From IMG/VR virus record IMGVR_UViG_3300037044_000037, positions 1 through 36,657 of that record: 36,657 nt of DNA. The stretch is one strand, 5' to 3'. Below the pieces are notes generated by a model. The model had not been told where the DNA came from and did not search any database. It saw nothing but the letters and a program-made list of their open reading frames with translations. The DNA is from a virus (lineage: Duplodnaviria; Caudoviricetes). Below, piece after piece: positions 1 to 9,010 of the stretch; the first letter of the stretch is position 1; every line of letters begins with the position of its first letter. The position numbers were made by a program, and so were the translations under genes.

Positions 1-127
1 CCGGGGACACCTCATATAGGCATAAGATCGTATCCCTCCCCATCGATTACAACATCCATAAATAAAAAGAATCCCCGGATTTCTCAGGAGAATACTCCAT
101 ACCGGGGATTGATCTAACAGCACCAAG
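1..127 (+). repeat. Terminal direct repeat, copy 1 (probable circular-assembly overlap)
   Basis: Identical to 36531-36657; 127 is a common assembler k-mer size. Confidence 0.95.
61..110 (-). terminator. Probable intrinsic terminator ending the late operon before attP
   Basis: Stem AATCCCCGG (70-78)/CCGGGGATT (102-110), followed on the minus strand by CTTTTTATTT. Confidence 0.6.
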
Positions 128-172
128 AGCGCTGATGATCCCACAGAACTACCGTGCGCCGTTCTTAGGCGA

Positions 173-406
173 TTAAACCTTTCGATACACAATTACTGGT
201 CCAACCTTGCCCTTAACTTTTATCTTTAGCATCAAACCTTCCTTCACCATCCTGTTGAGGCGGGTTCGGCAAGTGTGTTCTGAATAATTTGTTTTTGCCA
301 TCAGATCTTGCACTGAGATATCCCCTTCCTGTCGAAGTTCTGTAATGAATTCTTTGGCAATCTCATCCAAAAGGTCTTCACGTTCCTTGATTATTTGGTC
401 AGTCAT
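173..406 (-). CDS. Small winged-helix DNA-binding protein
   Basis: ISVQDLMAKTNYSEHTCRTRLNRMVKEGLM followed by a beta-hairpin wing; GAGGTG RBS; overlaps the upstream stop. Confidence 0.75.
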   Translation of the reverse strand: MTDQIIKEREDLLDEIAKEFITELRQEGDISVQDLMAKTNYSEHTCRTRLNRMVKEGLMLKIKVKGKVGPVIVYRKV

Positions 407-641
407 TGATCACCTCTGTTGTTCTTACATCTATCTTTTCATACAGCCGGTGATGCCGCAATATCTTTCCATTCTCAATTTCGACCACCACCATTCCATG
501 CGTGATCGTGTTCGTACTGGATGTGGCCTGAATGGCATGATCGTTCAGCATGGAATAACTTGGCAAGACAAATAGCTCGCTCTTGAACCCGTTTTGTTCA
601 AGTAATTCGTAAACTCCCTGGTGGTAATGCCCCCTCATCAC
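399..641 (-). CDS. C-terminal part of calcineurin-like metallophosphoesterase (-1 frame of 638..1261)
   Basis: Carries the GHxH motif (RGHYH) that the upstream ORF lacks; its frame extends upstream as PPDLVMRGHYH. Confidence 0.7.
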   Translation of the reverse strand: MMRGHYHQGVYELLEQNGFKSELFVLPSYSMLNDHAIQATSSTNTITHGMVVVEIENGKILRHHRLYEKIDVRTTEVIND

Positions 642-1261
642 CAGGTCGGGGGGGTGTTTCCCTCCTGAATTTCTTTCATCATCAGATCGCGCAAATAAAA
701 ACGCGCTGCGTTACCCGCAAGCCAATTACGGCTCCCAGGAAACGGACCGTGATGAGCATAGTCAGTGGTAACCCCGCCAAAATTTAATAAACCATGATAC
801 AAAGGCTTCACATCAACTTTAGGATTTCTATCCCGCAGCTTATCAGCCAGCGTCAATTCAAGTGATCCTTCGCCTGCATTATGCGCCTGTGTTCCGATTA
901 CCTGCCTGAACGCTTTCAATTTCTTATACGCAAAAACAGGGCGCATGTTATATTCAGCAATCACAGGCTGGTCAGAAAGCCTTGAACTGACCAAACCCTG
1001 CGGATACTTTACCCCGTGGCAGGCGTCGCCAAGGTCAAGCGCAAGCACATCAGCGCCGTCAGCGATATCGATTGCCTGCTGAACATGTCCGGTCCACAAC
1101 TTCCACAGATAAACCTGGCTGGATGTCATGGATGGAATCCAGGGATAAGGATTCCCATTTTTATCTTGATCAAAGAGAAGTGTTTCAGGGTTCATAAGAG
1201 CCAGTTTGAATCCGCCGTGTTTGTCTGTAAAAATCCACTGCACTTTCCGCTTTGATTTCAT
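638..1261 (-). CDS. N-terminal part of calcineurin-like metallophosphoesterase
   Basis: Motifs DxH (TDKH), GD (LGDACHG), GTQAH and HHG; stops just after a C7 tract. Confidence 0.7.
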   Translation of the reverse strand: MKSKRKVQWIFTDKHGGFKLALMNPETLLFDQDKNGNPYPWIPSMTSSQVYLWKLWTGHVQQAIDIADGADVLALDLGDACHGVKYPQGLVSSRLSDQPVIAEYNMRPVFAYKKLKAFRQVIGTQAHNAGEGSLELTLADKLRDRNPKVDVKPLYHGLLNFGGVTTDYAHHGPFPGSRNWLAGNAARFYLRDLMMKEIQEGNTPPTW

Positions 1262-1285
1262 TTACACCTGCTAAGCAACAAAGAT

Positions 1286-1312
1286 AATCCCTCTTATCAG
1301 AGGGATTTTTTT
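1286..1312. terminator. Hairpin/terminator after the endolysin gene
   Basis: AATCCCTCT-TATC-AGAGGGATT; T-run on the + side, weaker T-rich tail on the - side. Confidence 0.6.
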
Positions 1313-1313
1313 A

Positions 1314-2336
1314 TCAAACCTTCTTCAAATGATCCATCGCCAAATAACCTTGCTGGCCATACAACCGTTTCCAGCCGGTCTTGCTCCCAATACCCAAATC
1401 AACTGACTTCTCAACATTCACTGGCCAGCCAGACAAATAACTACCAACAATCTTTGAATTGGTCGTCGGCAAGGCACGCACGTTGAGCTCTCTTGTGTTG
1501 ATAACATACTCAAGAAACTCGCCGGTCACATCAATCGGAGTCTCATCTTCAGGCTCTTCGACCGGTTTTTCATCCTCTGGCGTCACCACAACCACCACCG
1601 GCGCACCAAACAGATATTCATAATCCGCGGCAGTTCCCATGAACACATTCAGATCAAGTTGCTTAATTTTTGTGCCTAGATTAAGACCCTGAGCCACGCC
1701 GTCGCCGTAAATCTCACCGTGTGAGGCATACTGCCAGATCATGCACTTGCCGATCCAACCAGTAGCCGTCACCGCTTTTATCACGGATGCCACGGTCTGC
1801 GATTCGTTGTACCACGCTACCCACAAGGGACGGTCCTTGAACCAGGTATCAAACCAGCTCAGCAACCCGATGCTGCAATAGATACCGTTTTTCTTCTTAT
1901 TGAGCTCATCCATACGCTCCAGGAAAGCTTTTGCAATGGTTTTTGCCCTGGTAGCCACACTTGATAAAACAGGAGCATATGCAGGGTTCCCGTTCTCAAT
2001 ATCAAGCCACACATAAACACTTGGGTCGTGCTTTTGAGCTGCAAAACAGGCGTCTGCCTGCATCCGGCCCCAGTCACGATCTGAGACATTATCCACACCC
2101 CAGCCCTTGATGTGGTTGGAGTAATAATCCATATACCAGTAAATCGAGCGGTTCACCTTGCCTTTAGACTCAGCCCAATTGCGTTTGAATTGGCTGTCGG
2201 TCACCCTGCCATACCCCCCACGGTGAATACAAAAATTATGAGTGATTACAGTCAGTTTTACCCAATCAATAGTGCCGTTGAACTGGCTGACATCGATCCC
2301 CCGAATTGCGAAACTACTGTATTTGAGTCCCATCAT
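1314..2336 (-). CDS. Endolysin: GH25 muramidase with C-terminal SH3b cell-wall-binding domain
   Basis: GIDVSQFNG, WLDIE, WVAWY, IWQY and DLN motifs; acidic/Pro linker; LNVRALPTTNSKIVG SH3 signature. Confidence 0.92.
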   Translation of the reverse strand: MMGLKYSSFAIRGIDVSQFNGTIDWVKLTVITHNFCIHRGGYGRVTDSQFKRNWAESKGKVNRSIYWYMDYYSNHIKGWGVDNVSDRDWGRMQADACFAAQKHDPSVYVWLDIENGNPAYAPVLSSVATRAKTIAKAFLERMDELNKKKNGIYCSIGLLSWFDTWFKDRPLWVAWYNESQTVASVIKAVTATGWIGKCMIWQYASHGEIYGDGVAQGLNLGTKIKQLDLNVFMGTAADYEYLFGAPVVVVVTPEDEKPVEEPEDETPIDVTGEFLEYVINTRELNVRALPTTNSKIVGSYLSGWPVNVEKSVDLGIGSKTGWKRLYGQQGYLAMDHLKKV

Positions 2337-2632
2337 TTCACCTTCTTCGTCAGCTCATCGATCTGCTTTTGCTTGTCAGCAGTAAGCGTCTCACCCTTAC
2401 GGATCACCACCGCTTCATCTGCCGGGGTTGCATCCACGGCTTTATTAAGCGCGAATACAATACCGTCAAGACTGCCGGCATCTCCGTCACGCAGGCTTCT
2501 GCCTGCAGCATCCAGCATATGCAGCACTTTGATCAACTTTGAAACATCCCCGGCCTGTTTCTGGCGCTGCTCAATCTCGGCCTGCAGCATGGCATAAGCG
2601 GTATAGATAAGTGAGATTACGACGTTGATCAT
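2333..2632 (-). CDS. Hypothetical protein
   Basis: ATGA-type overlaps at both ends; GGAGGTG RBS. Confidence 0.7.
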   Translation of the reverse strand: MINVVISLIYTAYAMLQAEIEQRQKQAGDVSKLIKVLHMLDAAGRSLRDGDAGSLDGIVFALNKAVDATPADEAVVIRKGETLTADKQKQIDELTKKVK

Positions 2633-3249
2633 TTTTCACCTCCGGTTAGTTTTTTGGTGGGTTCTTCTGATAGGCCCATAATCGCCACCAGGTTATCGAC
2701 AGAAATTGACACACTTGGCTTTTCTTTGCCTGGTTCGGTGAACATTTCAAGGATTGCGGTCAGATTGCCGCCAACGTCGCGCTGGCCGAGCGCAAATTGT
2801 CGAGGCAATCGTTTTCCCCAATATGCTTCTTCCTCGGCCTCGAATTGCTCTTTGGTGTACTTTGGAATTGATTGCAGCATGGTGTAAAGCGTGTCACACT
2901 CCCGCAATTGCCCGGTTAGTCGAATGTTAATCTGCTCAATCTGGCGTTCCTTCTGCCCAATTTTGATCTTGATACGTTCGGCGTCAATGCAGGTTTTGCC
3001 TTTCAGCCCGGCTTGCAGTTCTTCGATGTCCAGTTCGGCCAGCCGCAGCTCGTCGGCCTGATTTGCCAGCTCGAACATCATTCCTTGAAGCTCGACAATG
3101 ACTTGCTGGCGCTGGCGGCCGGGTAAATCGTGCTGGCCAACAACGAAGTGCCGGAGCGCAAAATTACTGCGCCCCTGGGATAGTTCCTGCATTTCATCCA
3201 GTAAGGAGCGCAGGTTTTCTTGCCGTGTTTTCAGTTCAATGGTTTGCAT
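2629..3249 (-). CDS. Coiled-coil protein following the tail fibre (possible fibre chaperone)
   Basis: Start re-called at ATG 3249 (MQTIELK) behind an AGGAG RBS; heptad-rich helical sequence. Confidence 0.7.
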   Translation of the reverse strand: MQTIELKTRQENLRSLLDEMQELSQGRSNFALRHFVVGQHDLPGRQRQQVIVELQGMMFELANQADELRLAELDIEELQAGLKGKTCIDAERIKIKIGQKERQIEQINIRLTGQLRECDTLYTMLQSIPKYTKEQFEAEEEAYWGKRLPRQFALGQRDVGGNLTAILEMFTEPGKEKPSVSISVDNLVAIMGLSEEPTKKLTGGEK

Positions 3250-3274
3250 GAAATTTCTCCTGTTTTTAGTTACT

Positions 3275-4549
3275 TTATAGCGCGGCGTAAGAAGCCGAAG
3301 CAGAATAGACGTTTGCAGAATAATTTGAAATTGATGAATAGTTTCCTGTTGAAGAAGCCAGCTTATTGGCAGCTGCAGCCCCAGAAACGTACCCGTAAGC
3401 CACTCCATCAGTAACCTGTGATCCAGCAATAATGTCTCCAGCTGGTGAACTTGAATGATTCGCGTCTGTACCTGTTGAAAAAACCAGCTTTCGAGAATAT
3501 ACAGTTCCAGAACCGTTGTTATAAGACCGGTAACCTGCAGAAGCTGGAAATGCGATGTAACAATATCCGGCCGCAGCAGTTCCAAGTGCAGCAGCAGCTT
3601 GCACAGATAATGCGTCCGTGCTTTCTGTGATCCGGTCGCAAGTAACTGCCGTTTGCCCTGCTATGTAGCAATAGGTGCCGTCTGAAACACCGCCCTGGTA
3701 TTCTCTTGGGCTCGTCAGTGCATTACTTGTTGATTCAGCGTCTGTTGAAAATGTGGTTTTATAATTTGCTGTTTGATTCGATCCGCCTGTGTCTGAACCT
3801 CCGGCTGTAAATCCTTTTGATGAAAAGTTCATGCCGCTGCGGAATTTTGCCCTTGCTGCAGCACCAGCAGTTAGTGTGGAAAATACCTCTGTTGAATAAG
3901 GCATTTTGTAACGCGCGTTGGATGATCCCCCGTCACTTGCTGCACTCCACCCGTGTGTAACATAAGCAGCCGTTGTCCCATAACTCATGCCATTTGCACG
4001 GCTCCTGGCAGCCGGAAGCGCAGCACCTGCAATAGTTGCCCAAGTCTCGGTTGCCATTGTAAATTTTTGGGATGTTGCCACAGAAGCGCCACCCCCAAAA
4101 TTCCACCCGGATGTGCCGATGATCGCCTGCCGGAAGTTATCGACGAGCATTGCCTGAACCGTGCCGACCCCGGCACCCTTCGCGGTCAAAGCGATCGCAA
4201 ACACTGCCGCTTCACGGTAATAGCTTCCAGCGGTCGCTTTCCCGGCAGTCGTGGATGTGATCAGAAACTGCCCGCGGGCAACGGCTGCCGCGTCGCAGTT
4301 GATCGTGCACACTATACCAGCACCCGTGTAAACAGGTCCAGATGCATCATTGTTTATAGATTCCTTAACCACACCCATCACCCGAATATCTTGCTGGTAA
4401 GCGGTTGTGGTAAAGGCAGAATCATTGGCGGTGTCAAAAACAACTACATCGCCTGCAGCTCTAGTTCCGCCAGATTTATTGGTAAGTAAAGATGTGTTCA
4501 ATTTGAGAACATCTGAAGCAAGTATTTGTTCATTAGTAGCGATTGTCAT
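3275..4549 (-). CDS. Tail fibre/receptor-binding protein with repeated beta-propeller-like units
   Basis: Last tail gene; QILASDVLKLN-type N-terminus; Ala/Ser/Thr/Gly-rich repeats (LPAARSRANG, LTSPREYQGG). Confidence 0.75.
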   Translation of the reverse strand: MTIATNEQILASDVLKLNTSLLTNKSGGTRAAGDVVVFDTANDSAFTTTAYQQDIRVMGVVKESINNDASGPVYTGAGIVCTINCDAAAVARGQFLITSTTAGKATAGSYYREAAVFAIALTAKGAGVGTVQAMLVDNFRQAIIGTSGWNFGGGASVATSQKFTMATETWATIAGAALPAARSRANGMSYGTTAAYVTHGWSAASDGGSSNARYKMPYSTEVFSTLTAGAAARAKFRSGMNFSSKGFTAGGSDTGGSNQTANYKTTFSTDAESTSNALTSPREYQGGVSDGTYCYIAGQTAVTCDRITESTDALSVQAAAALGTAAAGYCYIAFPASAGYRSYNNGSGTVYSRKLVFSTGTDANHSSSPAGDIIAGSQVTDGVAYGYVSGAAAANKLASSTGNYSSISNYSANVYSASASYAAL

Positions 4550-5094
4550 GGCACCATCTCCACTTCATACAAAAAGATCAAATCACTTAATCCCGCTGAA
4601 TTATCAAAAGACAGCAGATAATGGCTGAATAAGGTTCCAGAATTTGCTGTCGCTGTTGCATCCCCGCCATAGATACCGCCCTCTTTCAGGTTGTAGGTGC
4701 ACAAAGCCGACAGAAAGTAGGTCTGCAAAATGACAGTGTTGCCGCTCGTGATCATGTAGGTAATTGGCCTGCGTGAAACCTCCGTGGTCAATTGAGTGTC
4801 AGTGGTTGCTGGTGCAGTCGTCCCTGTGCCGATGGCGTGATAGCTCAATGGGGATGAGTCGCCAATCATAAGGCTTGCCACCAGGCCAAGGCCATTATTG
4901 ACCACCAGGTTATCCACTTTGATGCTTTGCCGGCACTTGCCGTAATGGAGAGCAAGACCAACCGCTTCATCAAGATTGCGACCTTTTTTCAGGTATCCAT
5001 CAATCACACCAGGCTCAAAAGCCATCAGGGTGCATCTTCCCTTCATTCCACCCTGGTTTTTCTCATTGATCACCAATAATTTAGCCATAAACAC
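4546..5094 (-). CDS. Minor tail protein
   Basis: NLVVNNG...AIGTGTTAPATTDTQLTTEVSR...LKEGGIY pattern typical of tail-tip proteins; position in tail module. Confidence 0.75.
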   Translation of the reverse strand: MFMAKLLVINEKNQGGMKGRCTLMAFEPGVIDGYLKKGRNLDEAVGLALHYGKCRQSIKVDNLVVNNGLGLVASLMIGDSSPLSYHAIGTGTTAPATTDTQLTTEVSRRPITYMITSGNTVILQTYFLSALCTYNLKEGGIYGGDATATANSGTLFSHYLLSFDNSAGLSDLIFLYEVEMVP

Positions 5095-5109
5095 CTTCCA
5101 ATAAACGAG

Positions 5110-7125
5110 TTATCCCCATTTAGCAAAATCCCACTTGCAGCCGTCATCCCACTTGTAAACACCTTCGTGCGATGTGATCGAAGAAGAATCCTCAACGATT
5201 GAAACTTCTTCGGCCTGAAATAGTGAGATTTCAAGCCGTTCACCTGCAGTGAATGCCACTTCGCCGCTGCTCGATCGCTTCAAATTCAACAGCACCTTGA
5301 CCAGGTCGTTATCAATTGCGCCGATGCTGACGGTTCCGACCATATACCCGCCTTCTGCAATCCTGTACCTCACTGACCTGATCAGAAAATCTCCGTTCAA
5401 CCCGCGGTGCGGAAGATAAACATTTTGCGTTTGCCCAGCCTGCAGGCCGCTTCTGCGCACATCATATTCGGCTGTCTCGGTCTCATAGGCGTACCTGGCC
5501 AACTCGGTCATTCCGCGCATTCGACCTACCGCCAGATCAATGATCGTAGAGTCAGTTATCGATTTTTTGAACCACTTTCCAAAATACTGATAACTGGCAT
5601 AGTTACGCACTTCAATGCGCACAGGCCGCTCAGATTGCCCATCAATCTCAATCCCGTTTGCCTGTGTTGGCCAATACAACTCTTGCTCAAGATAGGCTGT
5701 TAAGTCGTAATAAAGAACATCAGTGATAGCAGCCAAAGTTTCTGTGTTGCCGTTTTTGACCGTCAGGGTCGTCCACACCGGCATATTCACCCTGGTGCTG
5801 GTGGAGTTGTGCGCAGTCCCAGACCAGGCGTAACCAGTGCCAAGTGTTCCATCACAATAAGCGGTTGGCCAGGCGATCTTCTCGGCCTGAACGCCGTCAA
5901 AATAAACGATCATTGCCGAATCAACGGCATTGTTTCTCAGCTCGACCCGCACAGTCATTGATGCCGCGGATGTATTGATGTAGGTGCACGCGAGCTGTTC
6001 CCAGGTGCTTGTTTTTCGGTTTGCAAGCTCTTTCAACACCACCGAGTTGCCCACGTCATAGATCACCAGGCTGGCCATGGCAAGAGTGTTAGTCCAGCAC
6101 ATAGTTTGAACGCTCAGCGGTTCACCTGGTGAAAGTGTAATGTTCGCACCTCTCAACATTGAGAGCGCCGTTCCGGCTGTGATCTTTGCGGATTTTACGC
6201 CCTTCGAATATTTCGATGAGTCTTGCGCCCAGGCTGCAGATGCACCCGCCTGGTACTGTGACCATCCATCAGTTATATTGGTCTCAAAAGACGGATTCAC
6301 CAGCAGATTTGTGGTCGCCCCGCCGTCATTTCGCCGCACAACGATCTTGTTCTCGCCGTTCCAGGGTGCCAGGCGGTCTGTTAGCTGCAATGTCCTGCCA
6401 TATCCATTCTTGGTGTATTGAAAGGTATCATTGCCCCCCAGCGCATTGCCGCCGATTACCTCGATGATATTGACCACCCCTGCAGCATCCTCATTCACTT
6501 TTACATTTTCAACGCATTCCCTGGTTGTATCAGCAGGGTTTGAAGTCACGTTGAAGGGCGCAAGATAGTTCTCTGTTGAAAAATAGTGCAGCTTTTTGTC
6601 AGAATCAACCCGCCAAAAGCCACCAGTTTGATCCACAAGCCAGGTCAAAATATCACGCACAGACTTCCGGTTGAAAATTACCCGGTCAATGGTCTGGATG
6701 ACATTCACATAGGTCACGGCGTCATATTCAGAGAGATCAGAACTTCCGGCAAAGATTGATGCAATGATCGCTTTGTCTGTTTGACCAATATACTCACCTG
6801 AGATCAGTACCTTTTCAAAATAAGCGCTGTAATCAGCAAACTGACAGGCATAATCATTATCTGCAGCGTTTTCAGAAGGTGCCTTATCCTTGGTCAGAAG
6901 ATAGCCGCCAAAAGCTTTGTCAGCATCGTTATAGATGATCAACTCTTTCCAGCCGCGCAAAATCGATGATGTCAGCTCACCAACCCGCTTGATGGTCAGG
7001 CTTGCCGTGTCCAGTTCATCATTCAAGCCGCTGTTGATCTCAAATGGAGTTCCTTTCACATCAACGTGATCAGTAATATCCACGCCGTCAAGCACAAACT
7101 GCACATCGAAGCGATCCAACGTCAC
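5110..7125 (-). CDS. Tail tip/hub protein with inserted carbohydrate-binding-like domain
   Basis: Directly follows tape measure gene; hub-like N and C termini; NLLVNPSFE...FDGVQAE CBM-like insert. Confidence 0.8.
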   Translation of the reverse strand: MTLDRFDVQFVLDGVDITDHVDVKGTPFEINSGLNDELDTASLTIKRVGELTSSILRGWKELIIYNDADKAFGGYLLTKDKAPSENAADNDYACQFADYSAYFEKVLISGEYIGQTDKAIIASIFAGSSDLSEYDAVTYVNVIQTIDRVIFNRKSVRDILTWLVDQTGGFWRVDSDKKLHYFSTENYLAPFNVTSNPADTTRECVENVKVNEDAAGVVNIIEVIGGNALGGNDTFQYTKNGYGRTLQLTDRLAPWNGENKIVVRRNDGGATTNLLVNPSFETNITDGWSQYQAGASAAWAQDSSKYSKGVKSAKITAGTALSMLRGANITLSPGEPLSVQTMCWTNTLAMASLVIYDVGNSVVLKELANRKTSTWEQLACTYINTSAASMTVRVELRNNAVDSAMIVYFDGVQAEKIAWPTAYCDGTLGTGYAWSGTAHNSTSTRVNMPVWTTLTVKNGNTETLAAITDVLYYDLTAYLEQELYWPTQANGIEIDGQSERPVRIEVRNYASYQYFGKWFKKSITDSTIIDLAVGRMRGMTELARYAYETETAEYDVRRSGLQAGQTQNVYLPHRGLNGDFLIRSVRYRIAEGGYMVGTVSIGAIDNDLVKVLLNLKRSSSGEVAFTAGERLEISLFQAEEVSIVEDSSSITSHEGVYKWDDGCKWDFAKWG

Positions 7126-8687
7126 TTGAACCTCCCCACGCTCTGGATGTTCAGCCGGCGCACCACTTCGTCAGCCACCCGTTTGGGGTCGCCGGCACCG
7201 TTGATAGTAAAAAAATTGTATACTGTATTTCCACCTAATAACTGTTGAGTCTGCTCATTGTTATGCACAAAGGACCCGGAAGGAAGATCTACCAGCTCAA
7301 TACCTTCTTCACCAACGACAGTCAAGCCAGAACCCCACCCGCCGCGTGCCATCCATTTCACCTGCCCTGCTGAGTTGATGTATTTATACCGATTTGTTTT
7401 CGAGTTATACGGTTGTCCGGCATATTCCAATATCCCCGTGTTAGTCCAACCAGTACTGGATCCTGTACTGGATCCTGTGGAAGGTGACGGAGTTGGAATT
7501 GATGCAGGAGCTAACGTTGATGAACTGTTTACAACAAAGTTCCAGGCATAAGTTCCCGCAGTGCTGATTACTCTTGCCAAAGCTTCCTGATATTCTTTTG
7601 TTTTTTCAATGGGATCTATCAATCCATTTGCATTTGTATCGTAGGTTTCAGTGAGTTTATCGATAGCAGTCAATGCGCGATAAGTATTCTCGTTCAACAA
7701 CCCCATTTGCCGCGCAAGCTCAAGCTGACTCTGATAATCAAGATGAGCGGCAATTTGATTAAAGATCATCTCTTTGGTCAGTTCTTTGAAAAAAGTGGTT
7801 ACTTTTGGAAGTTCTTCGCCTAAACCACCCTCTTCTTCTCCCAATTGATTTTTCAATGCACCAAGAGCAGCTTCAGCTTCTCCTGCTGGCGTCACCATAC
7901 CAGCCATTTGAGTTTTCAAACGTGCAATTTGATCTGCTGACATACCACCAGCAACCCCTAAACTGCCAAGCAACTTGTCAGGTTTTTGTTCTGAAAACCA
8001 ATCAGGAAATTTTGCCAAGTCTGTCAGGAATTCTGTCCAAATGGGAATTACGTTTGTTGCCCAAGCAACAGAGAACTTGAGACCGGCATCAGCCATATTG
8101 TCTTGAGCAATTCGATATTCTTTGGCTTGTTTAATTGCTTTATCGGTAATAATGAGGGCGCTATCAACATTCTTCAATGCTGTAACAACACCTGCACCAC
8201 CCTCCGCAAACATCTTGGCCATTACTCGGCCTTCACGCCCAAAGTTCTTTACAAGCCAAGTATTTTGTTCAACACCTGGCTTGAGTGACTTAAACGTGTC
8301 TGCCATTTTGATAATTGAATCTGTGGATACATCGATCCCTTGTTTTGACGCAAATCCAAGAGATTTGTATAACTGATCAAAAGTGACACGCATATCATCA
8401 GCAGCTTCTTTCATTCTGCTGGTTGCTTCAGCGCTCTCACCTGTCACTACCATCAACTTTTCTGTTTCTTCAGCTAAAACAACGGTTTTATCAATCGCTT
8501 TTTGAGTAAAATCTGCAAGTTTTCCAACGGCAGCGCCTACCATTGCCCAGGCAGTAAGAGAGCTCAAGTTGATCCCGGTCAGTTCCTTGAACTGGGTTTT
8601 CATCTTGACCAGATTATTGATGGCTTCCTTATCCCCTCCGCCACGCTTAACCGTATTGATAATGATGTTCAGAATCGAATCAGACAT
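7122..8687 (-). CDS. Tail tape measure protein (521 aa)
   Basis: Follows the chaperone pair; helical, Ala-rich; C-terminal ARGG..VVGEEGIELV motif. Confidence 0.88.
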   Translation of the reverse strand: MSDSILNIIINTVKRGGGDKEAINNLVKMKTQFKELTGINLSSLTAWAMVGAAVGKLADFTQKAIDKTVVLAEETEKLMVVTGESAEATSRMKEAADDMRVTFDQLYKSLGFASKQGIDVSTDSIIKMADTFKSLKPGVEQNTWLVKNFGREGRVMAKMFAEGGAGVVTALKNVDSALIITDKAIKQAKEYRIAQDNMADAGLKFSVAWATNVIPIWTEFLTDLAKFPDWFSEQKPDKLLGSLGVAGGMSADQIARLKTQMAGMVTPAGEAEAALGALKNQLGEEEGGLGEELPKVTTFFKELTKEMIFNQIAAHLDYQSQLELARQMGLLNENTYRALTAIDKLTETYDTNANGLIDPIEKTKEYQEALARVISTAGTYAWNFVVNSSSTLAPASIPTPSPSTGSSTGSSTGWTNTGILEYAGQPYNSKTNRYKYINSAGQVKWMARGGWGSGLTVVGEEGIELVDLPSGSFVHNNEQTQQLLGGNTVYNFFTINGAGDPKRVADEVVRRLNIQSVGRFK

Positions 8688-8732
8688 ATTTCACCGATAA
8701 CTTGCAACCAATAAATGATCTTCTTTGCGACC

Positions 8733-8993
8733 TTAGTGTCTTTGCAACAGGCCGCTTTTATTTCGATACCCTTGCCTGGCTCTCCACTCATCCTGCTTTT
8801 TGCTTTGCGTGACAGCGAGCGTCTGATAATCAGGCAGTTCATCCACAATTGAGCAGATCACTTCTTTCCATTCGTCGTACTTCTCGTCGTCCAAATCCCA
8901 GGGGCCAATCCCGCATCCCAAAAACTGATTGATCTTCTTTGCGATAATTGCTTTCACCAGCCTTTGGTCACACGTCTGACCCGTTCTTGCCAT
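8733..8993 (-). CDS. Tail assembly chaperone, -1 frameshift extension (T part of G-T)
   Basis: In the -1 frame relative to 9011..9421 and open from the A9 run: AGC CTG AGC GGA GCC ATT TTT GAC ATG. Confidence 0.8.
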   Translation of the reverse strand: MARTGQTCDQRLVKAIIAKKINQFLGCGIGPWDLDDEKYDEWKEVICSIVDELPDYQTLAVTQSKKQDEWRARQGYRNKSGLLQRH

Positions 8994-9010
8994 GTCAAAA
9001 ATGGCTCCGC

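Noticed and set aside
1-127. Biological terminal repeats
   Set aside because: The exact 127-bp length fits an assembler overlap, and the packaging genes point to cos ends near terS instead
118-180. Hammerhead ribozyme (CTGATGA with flanking stems)
   Set aside because: No GAAA core after a stem II and no consistent three-stem junction
629-638. Pairing of the tRNA-like C-rich loop with TGAGGGGGCA just after the phosphoesterase frameshift
   Set aside because: Short, low-complexity match that needs a bulge; likely chance
635-640. TGA read-through or alternative genetic code
   Set aside because: The continuation is in the -1 frame, and TGA, TAA and TAG all end well-defined genes elsewhere
3275-3420. 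DGR variable region in the fibre C-terminus
   Set aside because: No reverse transcriptase and no template repeat seen in the genome
3250-3585. N-terminal extension of ORF 2629..3585
   Set aside because: Shadow frame over the tail fibre gene; a clear RBS supports the start at 3249
7452-7478. 12-bp tandem repeat in the tape measure gene
   Set aside because: Simply encodes a low-complexity STGS linker
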